Assembly (NCBI GenBank): GCA_000996205.1
Contig: LBYO01000005.1
Location: forward strand, 1,728-65,727
From: Parcubacteria group bacterium GW2011_GWA1_40_21
Lineage (GTDB): Bacteria > Patescibacteriota > Minisyncoccia > Phycocordibacterales > GWA1-40-21
Direction of reading: 5' to 3'
DNA: 64,000 bases
The notes beneath the pieces are model-generated. The model did not search any database, was not told the origin of the DNA, and saw only the letters and a program-made list of their open reading frames with translations. Made by a program: the position numbers and the translations under genes. Below are positions 1-9,829 of this stretch, in pieces; within the stretch, counting starts at the first letter, position 1; the number at the start of each line of letters is the position of its first letter.

Positions 1-85
1 AATAATTCCATAGACCCGATGAAATTTATGGATCTGTTTAAATAATCTTGGAATATAGTGTAAACTATGTTTAATCAAAAAATTT

Positions 86-493
86 ATGCCTTACAAAATA
101 AATGAACACATTGCCGATATAAGAATTGCGGCGCGCGGGCGAAATCTGGAGCAGCTTTTTACCGACGCTTTTCTGGGAATGATGTATATATTGAAGCCGG
201 TGCAGAAGTTTTTGCCGGAAAAAATAGAGCGGGAAATATCTCTTGAAGCCATAGACACTACGGCACTTTTAGTGGATTTTCTTAATGAGACATTGTCTCT
301 CGCGAACGCGAATAAAGAATTTTACACGCATGTGATTTTTTACAAAATCCAGCCGACCAGCTTAAGAGCAAAACTTTTCGGAGTTTCCACCGAATCATTT
401 CACAGAGACATCAAAGATGTGACCTACCACGAAGCGGAGGTTAAGCAGACGGAAGACGGAGCGTGGGAGACGGTGATTGTATTTCCGAGATGA
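86..493 (+). CDS. Archease (putative chaperone/activator of RNA-modifying enzymes)
   Basis: N-terminal EHIADIRIAARG...LEQLF matches the archease H-T/I-ADI motif and fold length (~135 aa). Confidence 0.7.
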   Translation: MPYKINEHIADIRIAARGRNLEQLFTDAFLGMMYILKPVQKFLPEKIEREISLEAIDTTALLVDFLNETLSLANANKEFYTHVIFYKIQPTSLRAKLFGVSTESFHRDIKDVTYHEAEVKQTEDGAWETVIVFPR

Positions 494-545
494 CTTATTG
501 CCGATGATATTGCTTATATTTTTTAATTCAGTAAACTTATTTAAT

Positions 546-713
546 ATGAAGACAAACAAAGGCAAGTTTCAAATCTCAAAAGCAGAACATTTCGGGTGCG
601 CTCCGCGCCTCAAAGGTGTCGTCAAAAATCTGGGCATAAAACCGACGAGAAAGATGAAGAGAAAAGGCGAGGTTCATATGAGAGTTTCGGATATCAAGAA
701 GAAGTTAAAATAA
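546..713 (+). CDS. small basic hypothetical protein
   Basis: ORF 477..713, likely start MKTNKGKF; lysine/arginine rich; no recognisable family. Confidence 0.25.
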   Translation: MKTNKGKFQISKAEHFGCAPRLKGVVKNLGIKPTRKMKRKGEVHMRVSDIKKKLK

Positions 714-716
714 TTT

Positions 717-888
717 ATGAACATAAGAATAATTTTAACTTTGATGGGTCTCGCGACAGGCTGGTTTTTGTTTGAAGAAATAATTATAGGCGCCGTTGCG
801 TTCATTATATTCGGCGTTATCGTCTGGTTTGGTTACAAAAGAAAAAAGAGGAATTCAAAAGCGAAATTAAAAAGCCCAATCGGCTAAT
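717..888 (+). CDS. small hydrophobic membrane protein (57 aa)
   Basis: own translation MNIRIILTLMGLATGWFLFEEIIIGAVAFIIFGVIVWFGYKRKKRNSKAKLKSPIG; two predicted TM segments; not in ORF track (below 60 aa). Confidence 0.3.
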
Positions 889-1002
889 TATCTCATTTGG
901 TTTTTACCCACCCCTTAAGCATTGACTATATTAAATATTTCCATTACTTTTATTTCAGACTTTGTAAAAATATAAATAAAATCTTTAGAAAGGAGAAAGA
1001 GA

Positions 1003-1548
1003 TTGGCTAAAATAACTATTTTTGGACTCGCGGGGACAGGCACGACTTCGGTTGGGAAAATGTTGGCAAGCAATTTAGGTCACACTTTTTTGTCTAGCGG
1101 GAATTTGTTTAGAGAAAAATCGGTTAAACTTGGAATTGAAGTTTCCAAGCTTGAAAAAATCTGCTTAACACATTCAAAATATGATCTTGAGCTGGACAAA
1201 TATATAGAAAAGTTTGGCAAAGAAAAAAATAACTTTGTCGTGGAAAGCCGTCTAGCTTATCACTTCATTCCAGATTCAATAAAGATAAAGTTTGTCTGCG
1301 ATTATGCCACCAGGATTCAGAGAGTGGCCAGAAGGCAGAATATACCCACTTCGGTCGTTTCTGAAGAAACAAATTTCAGGGAGCAGGCCGCGAAGAGAAG
1401 ATACCGTAAACTTTACGGCGTCAAAAAATTGGCGCCAGATAAGCAGTTTCATTTAATCATTGACACATCGCGCAGATCCGCGGAAGAAACCGCGGCAATT
1501 ATTGTCTCAAAATTTAACCTGTTTAAACTCAAAGGAGGCAGACAGTGA
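1003..1548 (+). CDS. cmk: archaeal-type cytidylate (CMP) kinase, P-loop
   Basis: TTG start with upstream GGAG; Walker A GLAGTGTTSVGK; overall collinear with archaeal CMP kinases (FRE..., ESRLA, KRRY..Y motifs). Confidence 0.7.
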   Translation: MAKITIFGLAGTGTTSVGKMLASNLGHTFLSSGNLFREKSVKLGIEVSKLEKICLTHSKYDLELDKYIEKFGKEKNNFVVESRLAYHFIPDSIKIKFVCDYATRIQRVARRQNIPTSVVSEETNFREQAAKRRYRKLYGVKKLAPDKQFHLIIDTSRRSAEETAAIIVSKFNLFKLKGGRQ

Positions 1549-1877
1549 AAGTGATAATAGATAAAAATGGCGATGTTGTTTACCGGCAAGGATTAAAGAC
1601 TCTGATAGTCAACATGAATACGAAAGTTGATTATGAAATCTTTAAAGCGGCGGCGAGTTTTTCTCAGACGATTCATTATTTCCTTTCTTCAAGGGGGATT
1701 ATGAATTGCGCGACTATCACGCTGTTCGCGGCGACGCTGGCCTTTTTTTCTTGCGTTTTCGTCCGTGAATTGAAGACATATCTGATCACAATTGCCAAAG
1801 TTTCAGGCTCCGTTGCGGGAATATTCATAGCCTTGCTCATATATCGTTCTCGTCTCTGGAAATGGAAGATTCTTTAA
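1545..1877 (+). CDS. hypothetical membrane protein
   Basis: GTG/ATG-start ORF overlapping the cmk stop; hydrophobic C-terminal half. Confidence 0.35.
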   Translation: MKVIIDKNGDVVYRQGLKTLIVNMNTKVDYEIFKAAASFSQTIHYFLSSRGIMNCATITLFAATLAFFSCVFVRELKTYLITIAKVSGSVAGIFIALLIYRSRLWKWKIL

Positions 1878-1911
1878 AAAGATATTCCGATTATTTTAAG
1901 ACCCCGCTCTT

Positions 1912-1940
1912 TCTCGACAAAAGAACGGGGTTTTTCACTT
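1912..1940 (+). terminator. rho-independent terminator
   Basis: ccccgctctt...aagaacgggg stem followed by ttttt. Confidence 0.6.
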
Positions 1941-2063
1941 CCTCTCAATGAACGGGTATCATTATATGCTTTGTATTACGAAACTTGATAATGCCGTTGA
2001 CTTAATTATATAATGTGATATACATAAGAAACAAATTGATTATTATTTATTAATCGCACAAAA

Positions 2064-3095
2064 ATGCCTATAATTAAATTCAAGCCAAAACAAGCGTCAA
2101 AGAAGCTTCTGTCGGCTCTTTCCGACAGGTCAAAAGAAGTTATGGAAAGCCGGTACGGATTGGGAAAGAACGACGAAAGGATGACGCTTGAAGCGATAGG
2201 ACAGTATTATGGAATTACGAGGGAGCGGGTTCGCCAAATAGAAAACCATTCAATCGCCGCGATAAGAAAATCCAAATATTACACTGAAGAAAATTCCGCC
2301 TTTGACGAACTGGAATCACTCATCCGCTCTTTGGGGGGAATTATTGTGGAACAGGACCTTCTTGACCATATTTCCAAAGATACGACTATTCAGAACCATA
2401 TCAATTTTCTTTTGGTGATCGGGCACCCTTTCAAGAAAATCAAAGAAGATGAAGATTTTAAGCACAGGTGGTATGTGAACGAAGAGCTTTCAGAGAAGGT
2501 TCACGGATCGCTTAAAAAAGTCTATGAAAATCTGAAAGACGAAGATTTGATATCGGAAACGGAAATGATCAAAGCGTTTATGGAACACATCAAAGACTTG
2601 GCGGAAAATTTAAAAAATGAAGAGATGGTAAGGAGATGGCTCTCAATTTCCAAGCGAGTAGGCAAGAATCCTTTGGGTGAATGGGGAAAGACTGCTTCTC
2701 CCAACATCAGTGCGAAAGGGATGCGCGATTACGCCTTCTTGGTAATAAGAAAACACGGCTCGCCAATTCATTTTAAAGAAGTCGCCAGAATAATCAGCGA
2801 AGTTTTCAAGAAAAAAGCCCATATCGCCACTTGCCACAACGAACTGATTAAAGACCCTAGGTTCGTGCTTGTCGGAAGAGGTCTTTACGCTCTTTCGGAA
2901 TGGGGATATATGAGCGGCGTGGTTAAAGATGTGATAAGAAAAATTTTGGAAAAACACGGTCCTTTGAGCAAAGAAGAAATAATAGATAAGGTAATGAAAG
3001 AAAGGTATGTAAAAGAAAATACCATCACGGTCAATCTCCAAAATCCGAAATATTTCAAGAAAAACAAAGAAGGGAAATATACAGTTGCGAAATAG
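2064..3095 (+). CDS. sigma-70 region-4 HTH protein with C-terminal HARE-HTH-like winged helix
   Basis: LSDRSKEVMESRYGL...TLEAIGQYYGITRERVRQIENHSIAAIRK is a textbook sigma-70 region 4; C-terminus ...FVLVGRGLYALSEWG resembles HARE-HTH. Confidence 0.5.
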   Translation: MPIIKFKPKQASKKLLSALSDRSKEVMESRYGLGKNDERMTLEAIGQYYGITRERVRQIENHSIAAIRKSKYYTEENSAFDELESLIRSLGGIIVEQDLLDHISKDTTIQNHINFLLVIGHPFKKIKEDEDFKHRWYVNEELSEKVHGSLKKVYENLKDEDLISETEMIKAFMEHIKDLAENLKNEEMVRRWLSISKRVGKNPLGEWGKTASPNISAKGMRDYAFLVIRKHGSPIHFKEVARIISEVFKKKAHIATCHNELIKDPRFVLVGRGLYALSEWGYMSGVVKDVIRKILEKHGPLSKEEIIDKVMKERYVKENTITVNLQNPKYFKKNKEGKYTVAK

Positions 3096-3099
3096 ACCG

Positions 3100-3250
3100 A
3101 ATTAGGTTCTAGTGATTAGGTTTTAGGGACTAGGTCGGGAGCAGATTCCAGTTTTTAGTGAATAGTGGTTAGGTTTTGGAATTAGACATTAGAAATTAAT
3201 ACAAACTTCTATTCTCTATAACCTAAAACCTAGCCACTAAAACCTCCCGT
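3100..3250. repeat. cluster of short direct/inverted 'aggtttt(a)gg' / 'cctaaaacct' repeats
   Basis: ttaggttttaggg, ttaggttttgg, acctaaaacctag, actaaaacctcc within 150 bp downstream of the sigma-like gene. Confidence 0.4.
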
Positions 3251-3322
3251 TAAAGATTGATAGTTCACGTTTGCGGTGGTATTATTATCGCATAATTTTA
3301 GAACCGCCTTACGCATTTATTT

Positions 3323-4564
3323 ATGCTAAATAATTTCTTGTCATTCATTTCTAATAATCTGCCGGATTTGGAAAGAATAGTTTTGGATACTTTAATCTCG
3401 TATTCGCCGATATGGCTTCCAATACTGCTTATAATTATCGGTTGGAAATTATGGGTGAGGTATATTAGAGCGCTTTTTTGGAGCAAGCAGAAGCGAATAC
3501 TTTTGGAAATCAAGTTGCCGAAAGAGATTACCAAATCGCCACTCGCAATGGAAACATTTCTAATAGGATTGCATCAGACCGGCCGCGAAGGGACATGGTA
3601 TGCCAAATTCTGGGAAGGGAAGACGAGGCCGTGGTTTTCTTTGGAAATGGTTTCCACAGAAGGAGTCGTGCGATTTTTCATCTGGACTGAAGCGTCTTTT
3701 AAAAACATAATTGAAGCGCAACTTTACGCTCAATATCCGACGGTGGAAATTTACGAAGCGCCGGATTATACCGAAGGAGTATTTTTTGACAAAGATAAAA
3801 TAGGGCTTATGGGCACAAACTTTGAATTCAGTAAATCTAGCGCTTACCCAATAAAAACTTATGTTGATTATGGGTTGGATAAAGCAGACACGAAGGAGGA
3901 ATACAAGACTGACCCGATTACGCCGATAATTGAATTTTTGGGTTCAATGGGGAAAGGCGAACAAGCTTGGATTCAAATCTTGATAAGAGCCCATAAGAAA
4001 GAGCAGATTAAGAAAGGGACATGGTTTGAAAAGGCAGATACTTGGCAGGACGAAGCCAAAGAGGAGATTGAGAAAATCAGGAAAGAAGCTACTCCAGAAA
4101 CTGAATCTGACTACCCCGCCTTTCCTAATCCGACCAAAGGTCAGATTGAGAAGATTGCCGCCATTGAAAAAAATGTTTCCAAGCTCGGATTTGATTGCGG
4201 CATTCGTATTATTTATCTTGCCGAGAAAAATAAATTTAATAAGGGTATGAGTGCCGCTATGACTGGCATTACCAGACAGTTTCATTCCAATAATTTAAAC
4301 AGTTTTAAATCCTACGGAATAACATTTTTTGATTATCCGTGGCAGGATTACAAAAGTATAAGGGTTAACAAGAAAAAAAAGAAAATGCTCAATGCTTACA
4401 AATTACGCTCCTATTTTTATCCGCCCTATCAGAAAAAATGGTTTGTGATAAATACGGAAGGGCTCGCTTCAATTTTCCACTTGCCCGGAAGTGTCGCGCA
4501 GACACCATCATTCGCGAGAATTGTTTCCAAGAAAGCCGAACCTCCGTCAAATTTGCCTATTTAG
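3323..4564 (+). CDS. hypothetical membrane-anchored protein
   Basis: N-terminal TM helix (PIWLPILLIIIGWKLWV) then large soluble domain; no confident family assignment. Confidence 0.4.
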   Translation: MLNNFLSFISNNLPDLERIVLDTLISYSPIWLPILLIIIGWKLWVRYIRALFWSKQKRILLEIKLPKEITKSPLAMETFLIGLHQTGREGTWYAKFWEGKTRPWFSLEMVSTEGVVRFFIWTEASFKNIIEAQLYAQYPTVEIYEAPDYTEGVFFDKDKIGLMGTNFEFSKSSAYPIKTYVDYGLDKADTKEEYKTDPITPIIEFLGSMGKGEQAWIQILIRAHKKEQIKKGTWFEKADTWQDEAKEEIEKIRKEATPETESDYPAFPNPTKGQIEKIAAIEKNVSKLGFDCGIRIIYLAEKNKFNKGMSAAMTGITRQFHSNNLNSFKSYGITFFDYPWQDYKSIRVNKKKKKMLNAYKLRSYFYPPYQKKWFVINTEGLASIFHLPGSVAQTPSFARIVSKKAEPPSNLPI

Positions 4565-4599
4565 TTTATGACATATCTCTAGTTGTCACTTCCTGATTT

Positions 4600-4665
4600 T
4601 TATGTCATTCCCGCGCATGCGGGAATCCAGAACCTCGGTGGTTTAGACCGGATCCCTACCTTTGT
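4600..4665. repeat. 'gtcattccc-N8-gggaatccag' palindromic repeat element (copy A)
   Basis: gtcattcccgcgcatgcgggaatccag; the same terminal motif recurs at 21321, 26805 and 37505. Confidence 0.6.
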
Positions 4666-4688
4666 AAGTCCTATAATTTTATTTATCA

Positions 4689-5687
4689 ATGTTTTACATA
4701 TTACATAAAGTGGCGGAAAAATTGTCATTCAAACCGAGCAAAAAGGTTTTGACTATTGCCGCCGCGACATTTTTTTTGGCGGCAGGATTTTTTTATTATT
4801 TTTTTGCAAGTCCTCCGGCTGACTTTCCCGTAAATTCTATATATTCAATTCCAGAAAAAAGCAATCTTTCAGAAATAGCGAATGAGGCTGAAAAAAATCA
4901 TATAATAAAATCAGCGCTGGCGTTAAAAGTTTTGACTATCTTATTTTCAGGAAATAAAGGTGTAATCTCCGGAGACTATGTCTTGGACAGGAAGGAGAAT
5001 GTGTTTGAAATTGCTCAAAGATTCACTGATGGAGATTTTAGGCTGTCAGCCGTAAAGATTACAGTTCCTGAAGGTTTTAGTGTTTATGATATAGCCGAAT
5101 TGTTATCCAAGAAAGATGATTTGCGGAATTTTAATAAAGAAGATTTTATCAGTCTCGCGAAAGACAAAGAAGGATATTTGTATCCCGACACATATTTTTT
5201 CCTGCCCAATATTAAAGCCAAGCAGATAATAGAAATTATGATGGATAATTTTAGAGACAAAGTTGAATTGATTCAGAAAGACGCCAAGAAATTCAATAAA
5301 ACCTTTCAAGAAGTCTTGATAATGGCTTCCATTCTTGAGAAAGAAGTCAGGACTGCGGAAGACAGGAGGATTGTCGCTGGAATTCTTTGGAAGAGGATAA
5401 AGATAGGAATGCCTCTTCAAGTTGACGCTGTTTTTCCTTACATAACGCAGAAAAAAGACAGAGCGATAGCTAAAGATGATTTAAAAATAAATTCACCCTA
5501 CAACACATATCTCAACAAAGGCTTGCCGCCCGGGCCGATTTCCAACCCAAGCTTGGACGCGATTGAGTCGGCCATTAATCCGAAAGAAACTAAATATCTT
5601 TTTTATATTTCAGATAAAAAGGGAATTACGCACTTCGCAAGCACGCTTGAGGAACACAATAAGAACATTGCGAGATATTTGAGATGA
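4689..5687 (+). CDS. mltG: endolytic murein transglycosylase MltG (YceG family)
   Basis: N-terminal TM, then YceG-like core; C-terminal GLPPGPISNPS...LFYIS...HFASTLEEHNKN matches MltG. Confidence 0.85.
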   Translation: MFYILHKVAEKLSFKPSKKVLTIAAATFFLAAGFFYYFFASPPADFPVNSIYSIPEKSNLSEIANEAEKNHIIKSALALKVLTILFSGNKGVISGDYVLDRKENVFEIAQRFTDGDFRLSAVKITVPEGFSVYDIAELLSKKDDLRNFNKEDFISLAKDKEGYLYPDTYFFLPNIKAKQIIEIMMDNFRDKVELIQKDAKKFNKTFQEVLIMASILEKEVRTAEDRRIVAGILWKRIKIGMPLQVDAVFPYITQKKDRAIAKDDLKINSPYNTYLNKGLPPGPISNPSLDAIESAINPKETKYLFYISDKKGITHFASTLEEHNKNIARYLR

Positions 5688-5710
5688 TGTTTTCACTTTT
5701 GTGAGCAAGT

Positions 5711-5743
5711 AAAAAAGCTGGAGGTTTAAATTCCAGCTTTTTA
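5711..5743. terminator. bidirectional rho-independent terminator between convergent genes
   Basis: aaaaaagctggaggtttaaattccagcttttt; A-run and T-run flank an agctgga/tccagct stem. Confidence 0.6.
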
Positions 5744-5765
5744 AAATCCATAAAATAATAAAAAC

Positions 5766-6215
5766 TTATTTTGGTTTTACGTCAATAAATTCATATTTAA
5801 TTAGACGGGATTCTTTCAATTTGTAACTGTTATACTTATTTTTATATACCTCCCTGTAAGTTACAATAACTTCTTGTCCCTCTTTAAGCCCTTCCCATAA
5901 TTGCTTGATTTTTGGGGATTTAAATATAAACTCCCCGTGTTCACACTTAAGGATTATCGCATAAACATTTGGCACATCAACATTCACGGGAACGAAGCAC
6001 GTGCTCATCTCGCCGTTGTCAGTTGAAGGATTAATAATGCTTGGTTTTCCGTGCATTGGCGTTATTGATAGTAGATATAAGACTTTCGCATTCTCCGTCA
6101 ACAATAAAGAGCGTTCCTCTTGATATGTTTTTTTGCGGATACATCTCATACCCCCACACACGGACAGCACCATAATCCCAGCTACAATTAAAAGTAAAAA
6201 TTGCTTTACTTTCAT
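5766..6215 (-). CDS. hypothetical secreted protein/lipoprotein
   Basis: signal-peptide-like N-terminus ending LSVCGG (lipobox-like); no family. Confidence 0.4.
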   Translation of the reverse strand: MKVKQFLLLIVAGIMVLSVCGGMRCIRKKTYQEERSLLLTENAKVLYLLSITPMHGKPSIINPSTDNGEMSTCFVPVNVDVPNVYAIILKCEHGEFIFKSPKIKQLWEGLKEGQEVIVTYREVYKNKYNSYKLKESRLIKYEFIDVKPK

Positions 6216-6279
6216 TATTACGCTCCTTCTCTTGATTAAGTTTTCCCTTGATAAAGTACACTATTATTAAGTTAATCTA

Positions 6280-6385
6280 CTTTGAATTACGAAACCCTTG
6301 TTTTCCGTCTTTGCGAGTCGGTACTCCGGCGTGGCAATCCAGAGCTTATCGCGCGTAATCATAGATTGCCACGCTTCTCATAATT
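6280..6385. repeat. MITE family A copy (truncated; left 'ctttgaattacgaaac' end only)
   Basis: about 100 bp nearly identical to the left halves of the copies at 32919 and 48045. Confidence 0.7.
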
Positions 6386-6428
6386 GACTATCATTGTCAA
6401 TGAATATAAATTGTGTTAGATTTTTTTA

Positions 6429-7607
6429 ATGAAAAAGATTGGGACAAACAACACAATGAATAAGTTAAAGAAAAAAGCTAAAGTCTTCGTGGCGATGTCG
6501 GGCGGGGTGGATAGCTCGCTTTCGGCGGCTTTGCTTAAAGAAGAAGGCTACGATGTGACTGGAGTATTCATAAAGGTTTGGCAGCCGGATTTTGTGGAAT
6601 GCGTTTGGAAGGAAGATAGGCTGGATGCGATGAGGGTGTGCGCGAAGTTGGGGATTAAATTCTTGACTCTTGATTTGGAGAAGGAATACAAAAGGGATGT
6701 GGTGGATTATATGGTAAGCGAATACAGGGAAGGACGGACGCCGAATCCGGATGTGAATTGCAACAAGTATGTGAAGTTTGGAGCCTTTTTTGATTTTGCG
6801 ATGAAAAACGGAGCAGACTATGTCGCGACGGGACACTATGCCCGCCTTCGGCGGGAATTTCCAATTTCTAAATCCCAATTTCCAAACAAATCAGAAATTC
6901 TAAATTCAAAAATACAAACTATTTATAAATTGCTCGAAGCAAGCGATTCAAACAAAGACCAGTCGTATTTTCTGTGGAATTTGACGCAGGAACATTTGAA
7001 GAGAACTCTCTTTCCCATCGGAGATATGCAAAAAACGGAGGTCAGGAAAATGGCGCGAAAATTCAACCTGCCTGTTTCAGAAAAAAAGGACAGCCAAGGA
7101 CTTTGCTTTATCGGCAAGGTGGATATGAAAGATTTTTTAAAACATTATCTGCCACCAAAGAAAGGAAATGTTTTGAATGAAAAAGGGGAAGTAATCGGCT
7201 GGCACGAAGGAGCCTATTTCTACACGATTGGCCAAAGGCATGGATTTATAATCACGAAAAAGTCGCCGGAGGATAAGCCTTATTACATAATTTCAAAAGA
7301 CATACCGTCAAACACAATCACGGTTTCTCACAGTCCTGCCACGCAAGGAATTTCATCGTCAAAAAAAATCACGATAAGCGGATCAAATTGGATAGCCGGC
7401 GAGCTTCCTGATTTAAATAAAAAATATAAAGCCAGAATTCGCTATCGCGAGCCACTTAAATCTTGCCGAATTGAAATGGTGAAAGAAGGTAATTCAAGAT
7501 TTTTGATTATCTTTGACTCTTCTCAAGCCGCCGTTTCCAGAGGACAATCGCTAGTCATTTACGACGGCGAGCATTGTATTGGCGGAGGGGTTATAGACAA
7601 TTTTTAG
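6429..7607 (+). CDS. mnmA: tRNA-specific 2-thiouridylase MnmA
   Basis: PP-loop AMSGGVDSS, VATGHYAR, LCFIGK motifs; low-complexity insert after the catalytic core. Confidence 0.9.
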   Translation: MKKIGTNNTMNKLKKKAKVFVAMSGGVDSSLSAALLKEEGYDVTGVFIKVWQPDFVECVWKEDRLDAMRVCAKLGIKFLTLDLEKEYKRDVVDYMVSEYREGRTPNPDVNCNKYVKFGAFFDFAMKNGADYVATGHYARLRREFPISKSQFPNKSEILNSKIQTIYKLLEASDSNKDQSYFLWNLTQEHLKRTLFPIGDMQKTEVRKMARKFNLPVSEKKDSQGLCFIGKVDMKDFLKHYLPPKKGNVLNEKGEVIGWHEGAYFYTIGQRHGFIITKKSPEDKPYYIISKDIPSNTITVSHSPATQGISSSKKITISGSNWIAGELPDLNKKYKARIRYREPLKSCRIEMVKEGNSRFLIIFDSSQAAVSRGQSLVIYDGEHCIGGGVIDNF

Positions 7608-7682
7608 CAAAGGTGTATCATTATGGACATTATAAACGCAATCGTTTAATATTATTAGCAATTATCAACATAATTAAAATTT

Positions 7683-8168
7683 ATGGAAAACAACAACAAG
7701 AAATCCACAGCGATCATCATAGCGATAATCGTGATAATTCTTATCGGAGCAGGTTTTTATTTTTCTTATAAGAAAAGCGGAGTTCAGACAGGAACTACAG
7801 AGGATCAAATTCCTTTGAAAAACGGGTCAAGCTCAAGCTACGAGATTACAGCCATTAATGCAAGACATCAATACAAGAACGGCAAGCACATATACGCGGG
7901 AGTGATTGACCTTCCTACTCCTTGCCATTCCGTCAGTGTTGTGGCGACCCCTTCGGGAACAAACAAATATACGCTTCAATTTACAACAAAGACAACCGAT
8001 GAAGTCTGCGCTCAAGTGATTACCCCGAGACCTTTCAGAGTTGAGTTCGCGGCTCCAAAGAATATTACTGTTGATGCCACTTTGAACGGCAAGCCCATTA
8101 CTCTCAATGTTCTTGAAGTAAAAGAGGGAGAAGATATTGACAAAGTTAAGTTTAACGACAAAGGCTAA
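7683..8168 (+). CDS. membrane-anchored hypothetical protein
   Basis: single N-terminal TM (AIIIAIIVIILIGAGFYF) then Thr/Ser-rich extracytoplasmic domain. Confidence 0.4.
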   Translation: MENNNKKSTAIIIAIIVIILIGAGFYFSYKKSGVQTGTTEDQIPLKNGSSSSYEITAINARHQYKNGKHIYAGVIDLPTPCHSVSVVATPSGTNKYTLQFTTKTTDEVCAQVITPRPFRVEFAAPKNITVDATLNGKPITLNVLEVKEGEDIDKVKFNDKG

Positions 8169-8184
8169 ATCTTAAGCCGTTCCT

Positions 8185-9018
8185 ATGCCTAAGAAGGATG
8201 CTTTAATAATCAAGTCTACCGGAGAGAAGGAACTGTTTGACGTCAGAAAATTGGAAGCGTCCCTCGCGAGAGCGGGAGCATCTGAAAGCAGTGTAAGTCT
8301 GATAGCGGAACACATACTTAAAGAAGTGAGAGATGGCATGAGTACGGGAGAAATCTACACTCATGCCTTTTCTCTTTTGCGCCGATACGAAAAACCGGCG
8401 GCTCTTAAATATTCGGTGAGAAGAGCGGTGATGGAATTGGGACCCTCAGGTTTTCCATTTGAAAAATTTATCGCCGATCTTTTCAAGGCCAGAGGGTTTA
8501 AAGCGGAGACCAATCTTTTGGCGAGAGGGAAGTGCGTGGAACACGAAATTGATGTGATGGCTTGGAACGATGTGAAATTGATCATAGCCGAGGCCAAATT
8601 CCACAACGATAACGGCCTTAAATCCGATCTCAAGGTGGCGCTTTATGTCAAAGCGCGCTTTGACGATTTAAAAGAGACTCTTTTCAGCCCGGATGGCAAT
8701 AAAAGAAAATTTGACGAAGCCTATCTCATAACAAACACCAAATTCACTTCTCACGCGATTGATTACGCCAAATGCAGCGGGCTCGCTCTCATTGGTTGGA
8801 ATTATCCGAACACCGGCAATCTTCACAATATGATTGAAGATTTTAATCTTCATCCGATTACCGCCCTGACTGCTCTTAGCGGTTCCGAGAAACGAGATCT
8901 GCTCTCGCAAGGAATCGTGCTTAGCAAACAAATTTCCGACAGAAACATTCTGAAAGGCGTCGGCATAAAAGATGCCAGAATTGACGCGATTCTTCAGGAA
9001 ATAAAAGAACTTTTTTAA
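8185..9018 (+). CDS. ATP-cone domain fused to Mrr-like restriction-endonuclease-fold domain
   Basis: N-terminal ATP-cone pattern (IIKSTGEKELFDVRKLEASL...); central FEKFIADLFKARGFKAE...HEIDVMAW...AEAKFH resembles the PD-(D/E)XK Mrr catalytic core. Confidence 0.6.
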   Translation: MPKKDALIIKSTGEKELFDVRKLEASLARAGASESSVSLIAEHILKEVRDGMSTGEIYTHAFSLLRRYEKPAALKYSVRRAVMELGPSGFPFEKFIADLFKARGFKAETNLLARGKCVEHEIDVMAWNDVKLIIAEAKFHNDNGLKSDLKVALYVKARFDDLKETLFSPDGNKRKFDEAYLITNTKFTSHAIDYAKCSGLALIGWNYPNTGNLHNMIEDFNLHPITALTALSGSEKRDLLSQGIVLSKQISDRNILKGVGIKDARIDAILQEIKELF

Positions 9019-9040
9019 TCTTTCATTTTCGAAAAATTTT

Positions 9041-9078
9041 CAACATCCGATGTCCAAATATTTGGACATCGGATGTTG
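9041..9078. repeat. REP-like palindrome dimer flanking the RAYT gene
   Basis: caacatccgatgtccaaatatttggacatcggatgttg is a perfect 38-bp self-complementary sequence. Confidence 0.8.
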
Positions 9079-9107
9079 AAAAATAAGTCATCGTAAAATG
9101 TAAATTC

Positions 9108-9809
9108 TTATTCAAGGGTGAAACCGTTGAAATCACTGGAGCTGAAATTTTTTAGTTCTTGATAAACCGAATTTTTATAACCTGATTCTCCGCCGAAATA
9201 ATCAAGAAAAAAATCTCTTTGAGTAACCGACGGAAAATTCTTTTTGCCCAGATAATCAAGATGACTGCTCCATCGGTATGATTCAAGAAATTTGATAGCG
9301 GAGTTGAGATTTTTAATACTTCGCTCTCTCCACTCCGGTGCATGAAGATCAAGAGGGTTAAAATGGATGTAGTATGGCATAAAAAGAAAATGACGATCTT
9401 CCGTGATTTGTATTGACTTGTATTTTCCTTGAAACAGAGCTCCGACGCGTTCATATTTTTCATTGAAATATTTTGAGTAGCCCATATTGAGTTTCTTCAT
9501 AAATAAAGAAACGCCTTTTTCATTTATCGGAGAAATTAATAGGTGATAATGATTCGGCATCATGCTAAAAGCATGAATTTTCACTAAGCATTTTCTAGGT
9601 CTTGGTGATTTTGTTTTCTCAATCTTTGGACATTCGATGTCCAAAGATTGATTGTAAGATTGGCAAAAACGGTAATTATTCGCATAAACATTATTTTCAT
9701 CATTGAATTCAAATAAATCGTGAACAAAGCGAAAATGATCTTCTTCATCTTGAAAGATTGTCCTTTTGTCAACGCCCCTGTTGAGTATGTGATATAGTCC
9801 TAATTCCAT
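9108..9809 (-). mobile_element. REP-associated tyrosine transposase (RAYT) / IS200-like HuH Y1 transposase
   Basis: HuH motif MPNHYHLLIS and a Y1-transposase-like C-terminus; flanked on both sides by 'ttggacatcggatgtccaa' palindromes. Confidence 0.75.
9624..9646. repeat. REP-like palindrome copy inside the RAYT coding sequence
   Basis: ctttggacattcgatgtccaaag; in frame it encodes SLDIECPKIE. Confidence 0.6.
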
Positions 9810-9829
9810 TTAATAAAAACATTATAATA

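Noticed and set aside
2522-3067. Minus-strand ORFs overlapping the sigma-like gene (also the antisense ORFs inside dnaK, nrdJ, clpB, infB, typA)
   Set aside because: They lie antisense within well-supported conserved coding sequences. They have no independent coding evidence.
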